Positions 1 through 13,371 of a DNA stretch of 64,000 bases are shown piece by piece. The notes under the pieces were generated by a model. The model had not been told where the DNA came from, made no database searches, and saw only the letters and a list, made by a program, of their open reading frames with translations. How positions within the stretch are numbered: position 1 is the first letter of the stretch; each line of letters opens with the position of its first letter. A program made the translations under genes and the position numbers. The stretch is from Eledone cirrhosa (lineage: Eukaryota), in contig OZ024743.1 in NCBI GenBank assembly GCA_964016885.1, forward strand, positions 259,532,001-259,596,000, written 5' to 3'.

Positions 1-113
1 CTGGCGCGAAATTTATTATAATTATTGACAAACCAATCAAATTACTTCTCGAAAAACCTAGCATTTCGAGCCACTTTTTCCATATAAAACAAGTAACATT
101 CAGAGACCAACCA

Positions 114-326
114 GATGTGAGAAAAACCACAGACCCTCCATCTCAACTCACCTTTTGAAAAGCAGAAGAACTGCGAAACCGATAAAGGAACCAAATAAAT
201 ATATATATTTAAAAAAAAAATAAGACTCCAGTTGCATTTTCGATTTCATCTCTTTTTCTTTATACTTTCACTCGTGTAGGAGACCTCGGTTATTTTTCAT
301 TTTGTAAAAAAAACCTCACTTTCTAA
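114..326 (+). mobile_element. PLE-type terminal repeat remnant, family B, ending in (TA)n
   Basis: Near-identical copy at 3823-4034 and inverted partial copy at 4073-4123; contains an HHR motif. Confidence 0.7.
151..188 (+). ncRNA. Minimal type I hammerhead ribozyme, U3-A8 core variant (family B)
   Basis: cctt|TTGAAAA|gcag-aagaa-ctgc|GAAA|ccga|TA|aagg: stem I cctt/aagg, stem II gcag/ctgc. Second copy at 3860-3896 reads GAAA-cg-GTA-aagg. Confidence 0.6.
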
Positions 327-1534
327 TATATATATATATATATATAGTTTAATTTTATTATAAACATTGGGTCATATGACTGACCATTTAAAGGTTATAT
401 AACCTCAGTTACACAGTATCTTACACAAATATTTGTTGTTCTCCACCGTCTTCTATTTTGCAATATCGAAATGCTCGCACTAATTACAATTGTATCTATG
501 TAATTCTGAAGGTTCATCATTCACGTACCAATATTTCACGTTCCCTCTACTTCTATTATTAATTCTTCTTAATTTACGATTTTCTTGATTTGATGTGATG
601 ATCTCTTGGGCAATCTACTTTGAACAACAAATATCTCTTTGCAATATATTTCCCCACAAAATTATGCCTGACATTGTATGTTTAAGAATGTTATCTGTCT
701 GGATTATAAATTCCCATATGTACTATTCAGTCAGATATTTATGGACCATGTTTCTTGCATAATAAAACAAGTGTAAGTGTAAGCACATCTTATCTCGACG
801 CCTTTTATATTCCCGCTATGCATGAATGTCACAGGCACTTACAGTAGAGGAAATCATCTGCCCAGCAGATGTCAATATAATGCTAAAGTTTCGTGTAAAG
901 GAGAATATTTATGCTGTACTAATGAGAATGCTGAAAATACGCCATCCTTGCTATACATTTCGATTCGTAACTGCCAACATTGGGGTACTAGGATATGCTA
1001 CTAACTGCCCCAGTACAAATCTTGAGGACTTGGGTAACACAGAACCAGAAAGAGCTTGGCAAGTTAGAAAGTTGCAAGTACAGTCCATAAATGGAACTGG
1101 AAAAATATGTAAAATATTTCAGAAATTCAGCATGTAATACCTGGAAATAAGCACGTGTAGATACAGAAACATGTACGTGTACATATATAGCTAAAAACAT
1201 ACAGATCCTCAAATGTAATAACATCCATACCTGTACACACAAACCAAACACATAACACACACACACACACAAAACGACACATATGACTAGATATTTACCT
1301 AGTTGATGTCTAAATTTCAAAGAAAGAGACTTGTTTCTATGTTAGGAACTCACACACCTTCTATGGGTGGACATTTAAGTAACAATAATGCCAGAACAGA
1401 TTTATAGTTACATACCTACATATATACGTATATATACATATACATATATATATATACAAAAATACATACAGATATATATGCATGGATACACTAACACACA
1501 ACTATACACGCATACCCGCACGCACGCACGCACG

Positions 1535-1590
<56 letters not shown>

Positions 1591-1799
1591 TATACATATA
1601 TATAAATATATACATAAATTATATGTGTATAAATATATTCAGAGAGAAAATATATATACCCCTTTTCGCCTTATATTTTGAGGATTTACTCGAAAAACAC
1701 ACAATGACTACGTTCCATGTCAGGGGGTCAGTGCCAACAAGTGTATTGAAGTGCATTGAAGTTTCCCATCAAGATATATGAATCAGTTTTAACTACATC

Positions 1800-2002
1800 T
1801 AACGTTGCAGTGAATTCATCAACGCAGGACCTGTATACAGACTTTCTTTAGTACATAAATTTGCACCACCCACAGAGTCCTAACTTGCAGTCTAAGCTCC
1901 AATAAGCAAATCCTCCCTCTTAATGGGATCCAGTCCATAACACATTCTGACAGCCTGGGGCTTGTGAGAGTCCCCATTCCCACCTTTGTAGTCTTTTCTG
2001 AG
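1800..2002 (-). pseudogene. RTE-clade LINE APE endonuclease fragment, inverted relative to the adjacent RT
   Basis: Translation KVGMGTLTSPRLSECVMDWIPLRGRICLLELRLQVRTLWVVQIY resembles the RTE APE segment GVGILTSPRL...ERIxxLRL...VVxxY. Confidence 0.6.
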
Positions 2003-3248
2003 GGAGATTGTCGAGTCCAAGCTAGTGGATGAACAGTGCGGTTTTCGCTCTGGACACAGCACAGCCGACCAAATATTCGCACTGCGGCAGGTCTTCGAGA
2101 AATAGTAAGAGTATTGCAAAGAAGTATATTCTTGTTTTGTAGACCTCGAAAAGGCATATGACCACGTTCCTCGGAACCTGCTGTGGAAGGGTGTGTAGGT
2201 GCATGGGATCAAACTACTTGCTGCGTGGATGTCTCTATACGAATGCCTAAGTATTTGTGTCCGGATAAAAGATGCTAAATAGAAACGGTTCAATGTGGGA
2301 GACGGACCCCGCCAAGGGTGCGTAATGTCATCTCCCCCGTTCATTATTTATATGAACAGGATTGACATACGCAGCCGGATTGGAAGTGGTGTCACGACAG
2401 GCGGGTGTAAAATCAGTCGGCTGGAATTTACAGACGACATGGTGTTGCTTAACTCAACAGTAGGTGATCTCCGACTTGCACTTGATATATTTGATGGCGA
2501 GTGTTGCATAGCTGAAATGAATATCAGTGCTCCGAAAACTGAGACGATCATCCTCTCAAGGAAGCCGGCGTAGTGCACTCTACATGTGAATGGAGCTCCA
2601 CTGAAACGGCTGGAGATGTTCAAGTATCTCGGGGACAAGGTCACGAGTGATGGAAGGCTGGACACTGGATTGAGTGCAGGAATGGCAGGTGCTGGTACAG
2701 TAAGGCACCATCTTCAATATTCGGTAATCAGAAGAAGGGAGATAGGTGTAAAAGCCAAACTCGTTATCTTCATTTCGTTATTCGTGCCAACCATTACCTA
2801 TGGTCATGAATCTTGGGTAATGACCGAAAGAATGGGATTCCTTCGAGGGTCCTTGGAATAACGTTACTCGAGAGAATGCATATCTCGGAGATCAGTGAGT
2901 CACGCGAGGTAGAGCTGCTACTTCTCCGAATTGAGAGATCACAGCTCTGATACTACTGGCACGTGGTTAGAATGTCTCATGAAAAATCGGTGGACAGATT
3001 TTAGAGGCAAAATCAACCGGCAGGGGTAAACTTCGAGCAAGATGGTTGGATAAAATCCATGTGCTTGGCTTCTCTCGTTTGGAGATCTAGACGGATCAAT
3101 TAGAGACGGTAGCTTCTGATAGGACCCGCTGGAAAGAGTGTTTGAAGACTATGGCCCCACGACCCTTTCATGAATAAGTGAGCGAAGAAGAAGAAGAAGA
3201 AGAAGAAGAAGAAGAAGAAGAAGAAGAAGAAGAAGAAGAAGAAGAAGA
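2003..3248 (+). mobile_element. Decayed RTE LINE: reverse transcriptase to 3' end with (GAA)n tail
   Basis: EQCGFR, FVDLEKAYDHV, RQGCVMSSP, LEFTDDMVLL, FKYLG and PTITYGHESW motifs with stops and frameshifts; (GAA)n at 3185-3248. Confidence 0.9.
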
Positions 3249-3541
3249 TATATACGTTTATGATATATATATATATATATATATAAATAGAGATGTGATA
3301 TATATATATATATATATATAAATAGAGATGTGAGACACGAGTTGTGATATAATAGTAAAAAAAGAAAAGAAAATGCTGACAAATTTTTCCCAGTGAAAAA
3401 TAGTTTAATTAGGAATAAGTATAAATTAGTAATAAGTATTAGTTAGTATTTAGTTTTAGTTTTTAATTTTTACCGGTTGCGCATTTCTTATGCTTTTCAA
3501 AAATAATTTTGAGATAGAGTGCTCGTGATTTTTGCTCTAAT

Positions 3542-3822
3542 CTTAACGGGATCTTCTGAAACTAAGTTTCAGAAGATCCCGTTAAGGGTGAAAGAAGCGA
3601 ATCTTTGCTTAAACTTTAATCTGTTATTTTAAAAATATTTGCTCTATGGTTCTTACATATTTGATATATATTTATCCTTATCGAGTCCTCTTTGGATTCT
3701 AATCTTCGCATTTATTATTATTACTATATATATATATATATATATATATATTTAGTAAAATAACATATTAAAGTTTAAGCAAAGAATCGCTGCTTCCACC
3801 CTTAACGGGATCTTCTGAAACT
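3542..3822. mobile_element. Family A PLE-type terminal repeats in fold-back and inverted arrangement around (TA)n
   Basis: Hairpin 3542-3586, plus copy 3565-3726, minus copy 3757-3822; further copies near 6573, 6786, 7626, 24363, 33570 and 46766. Confidence 0.75.
3565..3615 (+). ncRNA. Hammerhead-like motif with CAGAAGA core (family A)
   Basis: agttt|CAGAAGA|t-ccc-gttaa-ggg-t|GAAA|g..tgc|TT|aaact: stem I agttt/aaact, CUU site. Confidence 0.55.
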
Positions 3823-4123
3823 GATGTGAGAAAAACCACAGACCCTCCATCTCAACTCTACTTTTGAAAAGCAGAAGAACTGCGAAACGGTAAAGGAACG
3901 AAATAAATATATATATATTTGTTTAAATAAGACTCCAGTTGCATTTTCGATTTCATCTTTTTTTCTTTATACTTTCACTCGTGTAGGACACCTCGGTTAT
4001 TTTTCATTTTGTAAAAAAAAAACTCACTTTCTAATATATACATATACACATATATATATATATATATATATATCTGCTTTTCAAAAGTAGAGTTGAGATG
4101 GAGGGTCTGTGGTTTTTCTCACA
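3823..4123. mobile_element. Family B remnant (plus 3823-4034) with inverted partial copy (4073-4123)
   Basis: Matches 114-326; HHR at 3860-3896. Confidence 0.7.
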
Positions 4124-4154
4124 TATATATATATTTCTCACATATATATATATT

Positions 4155-4189
<35 letters not shown>

Positions 4190-4245
4190 AAAAAACATAT
4201 ATATATATGTATATACATATATACATATATATATACATACATATA

Positions 4246-4299
<54 letters not shown>

Positions 4300-4346
4300 C
4301 ATACATATATATATACATACATATATATATACATACATATATATAT

Positions 4347-4418
<72 letters not shown>

Positions 4419-4774
4419 GATGTATGTATATATATATTTTTTTTCCCTGAAGAAGGACTGATGTTCGGTACTTCGAAACCCTCATTTACATATTGTCAAG
4501 CGTGAAACTATTTAGACGTTATATGCGTTTTCTTCCCCATAATTGACTTGTTTAATCTTGAACTATATATATATAGTTTAGAAATTGGATGATCTGTTTT
4601 CGCAGTCTGAAGAAAAGGGAAAATGTTTTAGGGGGAAAAAGGTGGAAGGATAGACATAATAACTGAGGACATTTAATCAAACATATTCATTTTCCCAAAA
4701 CATGTTTCCATCTATATATTTGTTAATGTGTGTGTGTATGTATATATATATATATATATATATATAAATATTCA

Positions 4775-4912
4775 GGACCTCGACGGCTGAGCTCCGGCCG
4801 TTTCGACAGCTAGATCCGTTCGAATATATTACCTACTCTACTACCCCAACTATCGAGTACTCTGGTGGGTTATGGTCTACCCGGTTTGGTTTTTTACCAC
4901 ACCCTATCTGAT
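4775..4912. mobile_element. Diverged family C PLE terminal fold-back remnant
   Basis: gacggctgagctccggccgtttcgac and gagtactctggtgggttatggtc match 31230-31358. Confidence 0.6.
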
Positions 4913-4919
4913 ATATATA

Positions 4920-5026
<107 letters not shown>

Positions 5027-5082
5027 GCGTACATATATGATGTGTATAACACATGTAGAAAATAACCATATTGTTGTATTAT

Positions 5083-5119
<37 letters not shown>

Positions 5120-5199
5120 GCAATGCACACGAATCTGCAGATTTTAACCAAACGTAAACAAAGGAAGCTCTAGGTATGCACGATAGCATCAACAAGGGA

Positions 5200-5612
5200 A
5201 GTCAACATGCACTATTACACAACAATGATTTCAATCCATATGATTATCCCCATCACTAGCAACACCACCATAACACCATCATCAGGAATACCAACAACAC
5301 TCCAGAACAACAGCACCCCCCCCCTCCCCGATCAGAAACATCACCACCTTCGTCACCACTGTCTCAATGTTCACGAAGATGAGGATGACCTTAATGAATA
5401 TGATGAGGGTGCTGATGTTGATGTTAATGATGATGATGATAAAGTATAATAGATAAGAGGATGACAATGATAATTACAACGACGATGACGACGATATGGA
5501 GATGAGCACGACACCGATAATGAAGATGATAGCAGCGTAGGTGATGTTGAATTTGATGATGGTAATGGTGGAAGTGGTGTTGACGAGCAGAACGCTTATG
5601 TTGATGATGATA
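5200..5612. repeat. Degenerate CAC/GAT trinucleotide low-complexity tract
   Basis: Runs of gat/gac/cac triplets. Confidence 0.7.
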
Positions 5613-5706
5613 ACATTAATATATTAAAATAGTAAGCAAATTGAAGAGACGACACACATAGCTTCCTTTCTGTGGTTTTGATTAAGAAGAAGAAGATATA
5701 CGTATA

Positions 5707-5756
<50 letters not shown>

Positions 5757-5758
<2 letters not shown>

Positions 5759-5872
5759 CGAAGGAATTGTTGTAAGGAACCAGATGGACCATAACGCACC
5801 AAAGTACTCAATACTTAGTGTAGTAGAGTGAGTAATAGGATCAAGTATGACCCAGACGGGGTCATATTTGTT

Positions 5873-5875
<3 letters not shown>
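5757..5875. mobile_element. Family C fold-back remnant in (TA)n
   Basis: Minus long arm and plus short arm joined at atgaccc-agac-ggggtcat. Confidence 0.75.
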
Positions 5876-5910
<35 letters not shown>

Positions 5911-5959
5911 CATGATATATATATATATATACATATATACATACAAACATATATATATA

Positions 5960-6070
<111 letters not shown>

Positions 6071-6619
6071 ATCCCGAGTTCGATCGGGGATAACCACAGT
6101 AAATAAGGTACTCAATGCATAGCAGAATATAAAATGAAAAATAAAACAAAATGAAAATAAATTTTTTTTTACATAGGGGGAGGAGTAAGATCAATGGTGA
6201 TTGAGGAGTAGGGGGAAGGAAGGTGAGAGAGAGAAGCTGATAAATATATTTATTTTAGATAAATATATTTATTTATAGATATATTTATTGAGACTAAATA
6301 AATTTAAATGATACCGAAAGTATGTAAAAATATCTTTAGAAACAATTATAAAATATTACTAACAACAACAAGCACAACGAATATAAAGACAGCGCGTGCA
6401 TGTGTTTAGGTATGTATGGGGTGTGTGTCGGGTAAATGCGGATGGGTCTAATAAAAAGAAGCGCGCGCGCTTACACCCACAATACAAGTATACATATAGA
6501 TAGATATCTAATCAGATGGAGATAGACAGACACTCCCACACATACATACATACGTAAATATAAAAATATAATCCTTATCGAGCCCTCTTCGGGTTTTAGT
6601 TTTCACATTTATTATTACT

Positions 6620-6740
6620 ATATATATATATATATATGTATATACATGTATATACATGTATATATATATATACATATATACATATATGTATATACATGTG
6701 TATACATGTATATATATATATATACATATATGTATATACA

Positions 6741-6789
<49 letters not shown>

Positions 6790-6832
6790 ATAATAAATGT
6801 GAAAACTAAAACCCGAAGAGGGCTCGATAAGG

Positions 6833-6916
<84 letters not shown>

Positions 6917-6952
6917 CATTTCATGTATATATATATACATATATGTATATAC

Positions 6953-7042
<90 letters not shown>

Positions 7043-7119
7043 GTATATACATATATGTATATATATATACATGAAATGTATATACATATATATATATATG
7101 TATATACATGTATATACAA

Positions 7120-7171
<52 letters not shown>

Positions 7172-7201
7172 ATACAAATATGTATATATATATATACATG
7201 C

Positions 7202-7239
<38 letters not shown>

Positions 7240-7268
7240 ATACATATATGTATATAATTTTATACATG

Positions 7269-7311
<43 letters not shown>

Positions 7312-7413
7312 ATACATATATATATATATATACATATACATGTATATACATATATGTATATATGTATACATGTATATACATATATGTATATATATACATA
7401 TGCATATATATAT

Positions 7414-7494
<81 letters not shown>

Positions 7495-7537
7495 ATATGT
7501 ATAAAATATATGTATATATATGTATAAAATATATGTA

Positions 7538-7591
<54 letters not shown>

Positions 7592-7625
7592 TATATGTAT
7601 GTATATATATATATATTATATATAT
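6620..7625. repeat. Long interrupted (TA)n/(TACA) microsatellite carrying family A ends
   Basis: Direct reading; inverted family A tails at 6573-6620 and 6786-6834. Confidence 0.95.
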
Positions 7626-7830
7626 TTATTAAAATAACAGATTAAAGTTTAAGCAAAGAATCGCTGTTTCAGAAGATCCTGTTAAGGGTGAAAGCAGCGA
7701 TTCTTTGCTTAAACTTTAATCTGTTATTTTAATAAATATTTGCTCTACGGTTCTTATATATTTGATATATATATTTTCCTTATCGAGCCCTCTTTGGATT
7801 TTAGTCTTCAATTTTATTATTATTACTATA
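7626..7830. mobile_element. Family A fold-back remnant with HHR-like motif at 7666-7714 (+)
   Basis: gtttCAGAAGAtcctgttaagggtGAAAgcagcgattctttgcTTaaac. Confidence 0.75.
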
Positions 7831-7978
7831 TATTATATATATATATATATATACATATATATGTATGTATATATATTATATATATTATATATATATATAT
7901 ATATACATATATATGTATGTATATATATTATATATATTTACATATATATGTATGTATATATATTATATATATATATTA

Positions 7979-8062
<84 letters not shown>

Positions 8063-8068
<6 letters not shown>

Positions 8069-8698
8069 TTGCGAGGTTTTTTATATGAAATCGTGTGTCG
8101 AAACAAATATTGTTATATTTGGGTAGGGTCATATTATTGTAATAATATTGCCAAAATTAATAATAGAATACACTTACTGTTTGGTTGGTTTTCGCTTCCC
8201 TATCTTTTATATCAGTTAATTTATTCGGTCCTCAATGTTTACCATTGACTGACCAACGGTCAAAAATACAGATATAATATAGACATAAACACATATATAT
8301 AGTCTAACAAAGTTCTTTCGTTGCACATCTGCAACATCGTTAGTGGTGCTATTATGTTTCCTCCTGTTGTATTGTATGTCTACGCCATCTTTATTTTCTC
8401 TTTATTTTAAATAAAGATGGCGTAGACATACAATACAACAGGAGGAAACATAATAGCACCACTGACGATGTTGCAGATGTGCAACGAAAGAACTTTGTTA
8501 GACTATATATATGTGTTTGTGTCTATATTATATCTGTATTATTGACCGTTGGTCAGTCAATGGTAAACATTGAGGACCGAATAAATTAACTGATATAAAA
8601 GATACGGAAGCGAAAACCAACCAAACAGTGAGTGTGTTCTGTTATTAATTCTGGCAATATTATTACAATAATATGACCCTCCCCAAATATAACAATAT
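8063..8698. mobile_element. Family D PLE terminal repeat palindrome (about 290-bp arms)
   Basis: 8107-8396 is the near-perfect reverse complement of 8409-8698; (TA)n on both sides; related to 46913-47185 and 62990-63230. Confidence 0.85.
8458..8499 (+). ncRNA. Minimal hammerhead ribozyme (family D)
   Basis: acca|CTGACGA|t-gttgca-gatg-tgcaac|GAAA|gaacTT|tgtt. Confidence 0.65.
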
Positions 8699-9000
8699 AT
8701 ATATATATATATATACAGTATATATATATATATATAGTGAGAAAAAGTCGATTATTAGGAAGAAAAATATTTTGTAATCCTTTTTATTTTTTCTCTTTTT
8801 TCTGGGTTAGAAAATGTTTAAAACAAAATATTTTACTTTGTGTGAAGTGTTAAGGTATTAGTTAATTTATTTATTAATTAACAGAAAAAAGCAAAAAAAA
8901 TTTCCTTTTTTTCTTTTTTCACTTCAAAAACCTTGTTTGTAAATAACATTATTCTTTCTTCCCCATTTCCTTAACATATTTTACACCAATACAAATTCCC

Positions 9001-9036
9001 CCTTTGATAATGCATAAATGCTGAAACCGGTAATAG
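9001..9036 (+). ncRNA. Degenerate minimal HHR, U3-A8 variant
   Basis: TTGATAA|t-gca-taaa-tgc-t|GAAA|ccgGTA with palindromic ACCGGT stem III; stem I poor. Confidence 0.4.
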
Positions 9037-9072
9037 ACAATTATTAAATATATAAATAAATAAATAAATGCC

Positions 9073-9169
<97 letters not shown>

Positions 9170-9186
9170 TATATACATATATATAA

Positions 9187-9390
9187 ATGTTGTGAGTTCA
9201 ATTCTCGGACCGGATGATGTGTTGTTTCCTTGAGCAAGACACTTTATTTCACGTTGCTCCAGTTTACTCAGCTGTTGAAATGTGTACCAGCCTGCCCGCC
9301 CAGCCAGTGGGATGGCGTTATCTTATGGCTAAAACAGCACGACGTGCTGTGATTGGCGACCGACAGACTGGTCGGTCAAGCTGATCAAGG
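9187..9390 (+). mobile_element. tRNA-derived CORE-type SINE fragment
   Basis: B-box-like gagttcaattc, then gttgtttccttgagcaagacactttatttcacgttgctccag shared with 58058-58290. Confidence 0.7.
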
Positions 9391-10141
9391 ATATATATAT
9401 ATATATGTATATATATATGCTCAACCGGAATACCGCCTATGGAAGCATCTTAGCTACCATCAGACACACATATATATATGTCATGCGTTCAAAAATGTGG
9501 CATTATTGTATTGTGTTCTGACATCTGGCTCAAAGAGAAGATGAATTGTGTGCCTGACACATTCAGGTGGATGTAGACGTCGACTTCTGAATACAAGGCT
9601 CATCGAATTTCATTCTGTTTTGACGTATTGAGGTGAACAATGTCGCAACTTCAGACTCGTCTAAGATTGTATTGTTGTGCAGGTGTTTCAACGTCTACAT
9701 CGGTTGGTAACCCCGAGTAGTTCTGGTGTGTCGTAGGGAAGGGGCCGAGACACCTACTGAGTAACTTCACTGCCAGATGAGACATCGACTCCTACATTCG
9801 GGCATGGTGTACAGCAGTACGCTCAGCACAGATCTGGGTTTACCAAGCATATATATATAAATATATATATATTTACAAACATACAGATACACATAAGCAA
9901 ATTTGAACACGTAAAAACGGATGCAGAGGACAAAACGAACAAAAGCATCTACACTATATATATATATCCCTACACACAGACACAGACACACACACATATA
10001 TGTGTATATATATATATATGTGTATATATATATATACATGCATGCATACATATATGTGTGTGTGTTTGTGTGTTGGGATATATATATAGATATAGATATA
10101 TATATGTATGTATGTAAGCATACCTACATACATATATACAT

Positions 10142-10174
<33 letters not shown>

Positions 10175-11210
10175 GGTTTCACCCGTGTTCAATCGGGGGT
10201 AACCACAGTAAGCAATATATATATGAAATAATAATTATTACTAAATAACACATGTGAAGACTAATTGTATATTTATACATATATATAAACATATATATAA
10301 AATAGAGGTATTAAAATACTGACAATTTATGTATTCCACCTTATTAATATTTTTTTAATGGAAAGTTTGTGTGTGTGTATCAATGTCAGTGTAGGGGCAT
10401 ATTGCCGCAACTGGTAATCCTTGTGGCCCCACGATCTCTGCAAAAGCAACGAATACATCAATAGTGTTAATATTTAAAAAAAATGAATATATGTTAACTT
10501 ATCTTTTTACCTTGTCAATAAAAATCACATTCTTGTATCTTCTATAGTATTTTATAATCGCTCTGCCGGTTTTGGTAATTCCACGTAAAACGTACCGGCG
10601 AATCCAGGTGTAGTAGCTATATCAATAAAAATGCCGGCTGCACTATATATTACTTTCCATATGAATACACGAAATATATATATATCTTTTTTTTGCGGGT
10701 GGGGGGGGGGGCATCAAATGTTTATTATTTAGTTAATTTTAAATATATCATTAAATGAAATATATTTTTTGTATTTTCAAAACATTTTGAGTTTTTGGTA
10801 CTTTTTTGTGTGTATATATGAAAGCATGCAAGTGTGTTTGTACATGCGTGACTTTGTGCGTGTGTTTGTACTTGTTTCTTTTGTAACTTTTGGCTAACAA
10901 CAGTTGTTTTAAATGCACACAGATGAACGCATGATACGCTTCATCAAATACATATGAATATATATATATATATATATATGAATATAAATATATATAATAT
11001 ATATATATGTGTGTTTAAGTGTGTGTGCGTATATATGTATATATAGTAACGTGCCAGAGATTGACGTATATCTAGTTACAAAAAATGCACAGACGTGTAT
11101 ACATATGCATAGGTATATATATATACATATACGTATATATGTATATATGTATGAATATATGTCTACCCCCCAACCTATCTTTTTCTATCTATCTAGCTAT
11201 CTCTCTCTCT

Positions 11211-11255
<45 letters not shown>

Positions 11256-11299
11256 TATTTATATTTAATTTTATTTACTCTTCAAAATACAGGTGAATA

Positions 11300-12029
11300 A
11301 TGCAAAAGGTATTTGTTGCTGTTGTTATGCCTGTAACTGTTGTGATGCTCGTTGTTGTTACGGCTAAAAATGTTTCTATGGTATTTATGCTGCCATGCTT
11401 TAGTTTACCTTTCCTTGTTGATCTTGTTGATGATGTTTTTGACGGTGTTGTTAGTGTTATTTGTGTTTTTGATGGTTGTGTTGTTGGTTTAGTGGTGTTG
11501 GTGATGTTGTTTGTGGGGATGGTGTTGTTTTTTGTTGTTGTTGCTACTGCTGTTGTTGGTACTTTTATTGTTGTTGCTGGTGGTGTTGGTAATGGTGTTT
11601 TTGTTGTTGGTGGTGTTGGTAATGCTTTTTTGTTGATACAGCATTTGTCGGTGGGTTGTTGTTTTTTAGGTTTCGTTGGGCTTGTTGGAGGTGTTGATGT
11701 TGGTGGTGTTGTTGTTGGAGGTGTTGTTGTTGGTGGTGTTGTTGTTGGAGGTGTTGTTGTTGGTGGTGTTGTTGTTGGAGGTGTTGTTGTTGGAGGTGTT
11801 GTTGTTGGTGGTGTTGTTGTTGGAGATGTTGTTGTTGCTGGTGTTGTTGTTGGTGGTGTTGTAGTTGGTGGTATTGTTGTTGGAGATGTTTTTGTTGAGG
11901 TATTGATTTTAGCTATTCTATATTTCACATTGTTGCTCTTAGATACTCTTTCAACTGTATTATTTTTGTTGATGATATTAACTTTCCCCATCCCCTTTAA
12001 ATTGCTGGCCTTGTGCCTTGAGTAGAAAA

Positions 12030-12080
<51 letters not shown>
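11300..12080. repeat. GTT-rich low-complexity tract with 15-bp GGTGTTGTTGTTGG(A/T) minisatellite and (ATT)n
   Basis: Direct reading; 15-mer array at about 11685-11895. Confidence 0.85.
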
Positions 12081-12557
12081 TAATGTTGTTGCTGGTGTTG
12101 AGGTTATTGTTTGTGAGTGTGATCATATGCGTCTGAAATATGCTATGATTGTGTGTCTACATCACTTTCGTTGTCTTTTGAATTCTACATCACCTTCTAC
12201 TCCTCTCACTCTTTCTCCGTCCCTCTCACTCTGTCCCTCATTTACACATATCACGCCAATTTTTCCCTTTGCCGCTCCTCCTTACTCAACTTTCTTATTC
12301 CACTTCACTCTCTCTCTCTCTCTCTCTCTCCCTTTCTCTTTCTCTTTCTCTCTCTCTCTCTCCCACACTTTTAGTTAGAATTCAATGTCTATCTAACTTT
12401 ATTTCTCTCTCACAAGTACAGAGAGGGAGAGAGAGAGAGAGAGGGGAGAGAGATATATAGTGGGAGAAAAGGGGGAGGAACGGGAGAGAGAGAGAAATAG
12501 ATAAACGAATGCAATATTATAGTTAACCGTTTATAGTTTATGAACTTACTATATATA

Positions 12558-12742
12558 TGTGTGTGTACGTGTGTGTATGTGTGTGTACGTGTGTGTATGT
12601 GTGTGTACGTGTGTATATGTGTGTGTACGTGTGTGTATGTGTGTGTACGTGTGTATACGTGTGTGTACGTGTGTGTATGTGTGTGTACGTGTGTATATGT
12701 GTGTGTACGTGTGTGTATGTGTGTGTACGTGTGTATATGTGT
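12558..12742. repeat. 20-bp GT-derived minisatellite (gtgtgtacgtgtgtgtatgt)n
   Basis: About 9 tandem units. Confidence 0.9.
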
Positions 12743-13130
12743 TTAAATTAGAAACTAACTATTGGTAAACACGTGATAAACATTTTCCCGTTTTTTATTA
12801 TTAAGCAATTCTGTGGAAAATACTCTCTTTCTTATATATACGCATCTCCACATATATTGAGAACTCCCATGATGAGTGGTATCCGCAGTCTTAACACCAC
12901 AAGCTCTTTCTATATATATCTCCTTCGCTCTCTCTCTCACTCTCTCTCTCTCTCACTATGTATATATATATATAATATATATATAATATATATGTATATA
13001 CTATTTAGTATATACAATATACAATATATAATATATATATAATATATATGTATATACTATTTAGTATATACAATATACAATATATTATATATATATATAA
13101 TATATATATATGTAATATATATGTAATATA

Positions 13131-13191
<61 letters not shown>

Positions 13192-13371
13192 CTACCTATT
13201 AATATATCTATTCATATTTTGGAGTGAGTAAATTGAATCGTTGGTCAACCAAGGATGGCTGGCTATAAAGTGAATAGCTGCTATGACTGAGTGAATACAC
13301 ACGTGTTTTTCTCAAAACCATTTTTCTACTTTCTCCTCATTCTGTATTTTTCTATTTCATCAGTTATTTTG

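Noticed and set aside
826-1137. 103-aa non-repetitive ORF
   Set aside because: No motif recognised; the length is compatible with chance or decayed transposon sequence.
4443-4486. HHR-like ctgaaga...gaaa
   Set aside because: Stems I and III cannot be formed convincingly; possibly a decayed copy, not counted.
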